The position numbers were made by a program, and so were the translations under genes. DNA of 64,000 bases from Felis catus (lineage: Eukaryota), in the NCBI RefSeq assembly GCF_018350175.1, contig NC_058368.1, forward strand, positions 153,018,001 through 153,082,000. The letters run 5' to 3'. The number at the start of each line of letters is the position of its first letter. The first letter of the stretch is position 1. The notes under the pieces were generated by a model that saw nothing but the letters and a program-made list of their open reading frames with translations, did no database searches and was not told the DNA's origin. Shown piece after piece: positions 62,416 through 64,000 of the stretch.

Positions 62416-63621
62416 TTAAAGAAGGTTTTTAAGACAGACAGGAGAGGTGTCATTTAGAAGATGATATCTGAGCAAAGATTTAAAGGAGGCAAGGAAGTTA
62501 GTCATGTGGGTATCCGGAAAGGAATATTTCTGGCAGAGGGAGCAGCCAGTGCAAAATTCCCAAGGCAAAAGCATGCCTGGGATGGCTGAGGATTGCAAAG
62601 AGGCCAGTATGGCCCAAGTAGAGTGAGTGAGAGAGATTGGAAGGAAGTCAGGGAAATAGGTAAGTGTAATCACTCTGGGATTACCCTGAGAAGTCTATGG
62701 GAGGAATGACAGAATCTGAGTTACAGTTTCAAATGTAAAGGGAAGCAGGGTGGAGAAGTTAGGAGGCTAATGCAAAATAGAGGCAAGACAGATAATGGGC
62801 CCTTGGCCCTTGGCCCATGGCCCAAGGTGGGTAGCCTTGGAGATGTAGATATGAAGCTGGTAACATTCATCTGTGCTGTTTTTGTTTGTTTGTATTTCAC
62901 CAATGTTGGCTTATATCTTTATTATTTTCTTTCTTCTACTTTCTTTTTTTTTTTTAATTGAAGCATAATTGACACGCATTGTTACATACCATCTATTCTT
63001 ACCTATTTTGTTCAATTCATTATAATTAAATGTTGTATTTGGTCAGATACCTTAATCATATGGTTTATTCTTCTATTTTCCTCATTTTTTTGTTTCTGTC
63101 AACTTGATTTCTCAGTTTCTGAAAGAAATGAACTCTTACAATATGAGTGTGAATGTGTTGATTTTATCTTATATCAGGGTTTGCATTAATGTATTTTGAG
63201 ACTGTCTTGTTGGGTTCATGTAGTTTCCACATTATTATATCTTCAGGGTAAATTGTTCTTTTATCACTAAGTAATACATCTTTTTGTCTCTACAAATGCT
63301 TATAAGCCTTACCTTCTACTTTTTTTGGCATCAGTATTACTTTTTGCTTTGGTGTTTCCTAACTCTACTTTAAACTCTGTGGGTCCTTATTTTTAGGTAA
63401 ATCTCCTGTGGCATGTATCTGGATTTGTATAAATCAAATGTATAGTCCGATTAGCTAGTGGGTTTAATACAGTTATATTTATTGCAATTGTCGGTAAGCG
63501 AGAGTTATTTCTACTAACTCATTTTATATTTTCTATAAATCAGGCTTTTTGATAACTTTCTTTATACTGTCTTTTCATTGCTTTGGTTAAACAACCCACT
63601 TTTTGTTTACAAGTTGATATA

Positions 63622-64000
63622 GTTTTTTTTTTTAATTCAATTATAATTAACATAGAGCGTTATATTAGTTTCAGGTGTACAATATGATTTCAACAATTCT
63701 ATACATTGCTCAGTGTTCATCACAATAAGTATATTCTTTATCTCTTACCTATTTCACCCATCTCCCCACCCACCTCTCCTCTGGCAACCACCAGTTTGTT
63801 CTTTATATTTAAGAATCTGTCTTTTTGGATGTCTCTTTTTTTTTTTTCTTAGTTGTTTTGTTTTTTAAATTCCACATATGAGTGAAATCATGGTATTTGT
63901 CTTTCTGTGACTGACTTATTTCACTTAGCAACATACCCTCTAGATCCATCCATGTTGTTTTAAGTGGCAAGACTTCATTTCTTTTTTATGGCTAATATTC
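63622..64000 (-). mobile_element. LINE-1 3' UTR (runs off window end)
   Basis: tatattagtttcaggtgtacaa...attccacatatgagtgaaatcat...ctagatccatccatgttg. Confidence 0.9.

Larger units (their letters stand above)
60735..62780 (-). mobile_element. LINE-2 remnant split by the young L1
   Basis: ttcattcat...atccctgctcttgtggagttta on the left; atctgagcaaagatttaaagga...ggcagagggagcagccagtgcaaa on the right. Confidence 0.7.
12848..64000 (+). other. ADGRV1: ADGRV1 very long intron (>51 kb, extends past window end)
   Basis: GTAAGT donor at 12848. I did not find the expected next exon (CFIPNVYAALF..., recalled) in the remainder of the window. Confidence 0.85.

Noticed and set aside
62797..62827. (GGCCCTT)-like 7-mer x4, partly palindromic
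   Set aside because: Too short; ordinary slippage at the edge of an L2 relic.
1..64000. CRISPR-like array, operon or other prokaryote-type system
   Set aside because: The DNA is mammalian intron; the recurring ~200-bp units are dispersed SINEs with TSDs, not regularly spaced repeats with spacers.

Overview
Mammalian nuclear DNA from a cat-family animal (Felidae), judged by the feline-type carnivore SINEs (SINEC_Fc-like) and feline-type L1 3' ends. The whole window lies inside one very large + strand gene, ADGRV1 (GPR98/VLGR1, adhesion GPCR). Two internal coding exons of the 7TM domain are visible, 470-586 and 12669-12847; the ORF track misses both. They are separated by a 12-kb intron and followed by an intron of more than 51 kb that runs off the window. 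The rest is AT-rich intron with about 36 tRNA-derived CanSINEs, several L1 fragments (almost all antisense, including a young 1.4-kb copy with an open ORF2 C-terminus and 15-bp TSD), old L2/MIR/CR1, MLT LTRs, MER DNA transposons and microsatellites. The other ORF-track entries are repeat-derived or chance ORFs. I see no convincing new multi-gene system. The most notable observations: (i) a ~500-bp copy of nearby unique intron sequence pasted into an MLT1A LTR (local templated insertion); (ii) a candidate in-frame 27-nt microexon or recursive-splice site with a perfect CAG|GTGAGT donor, 198 nt after the second exon; (iii) an ~100-nt non-SINE segment with two mutually exclusive hairpins; (iv) young, possibly polymorphic L1/SINE insertions and a nested SINE stack. 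Repeat family names are from visual recognition, and boundaries of old repeats are approximate.
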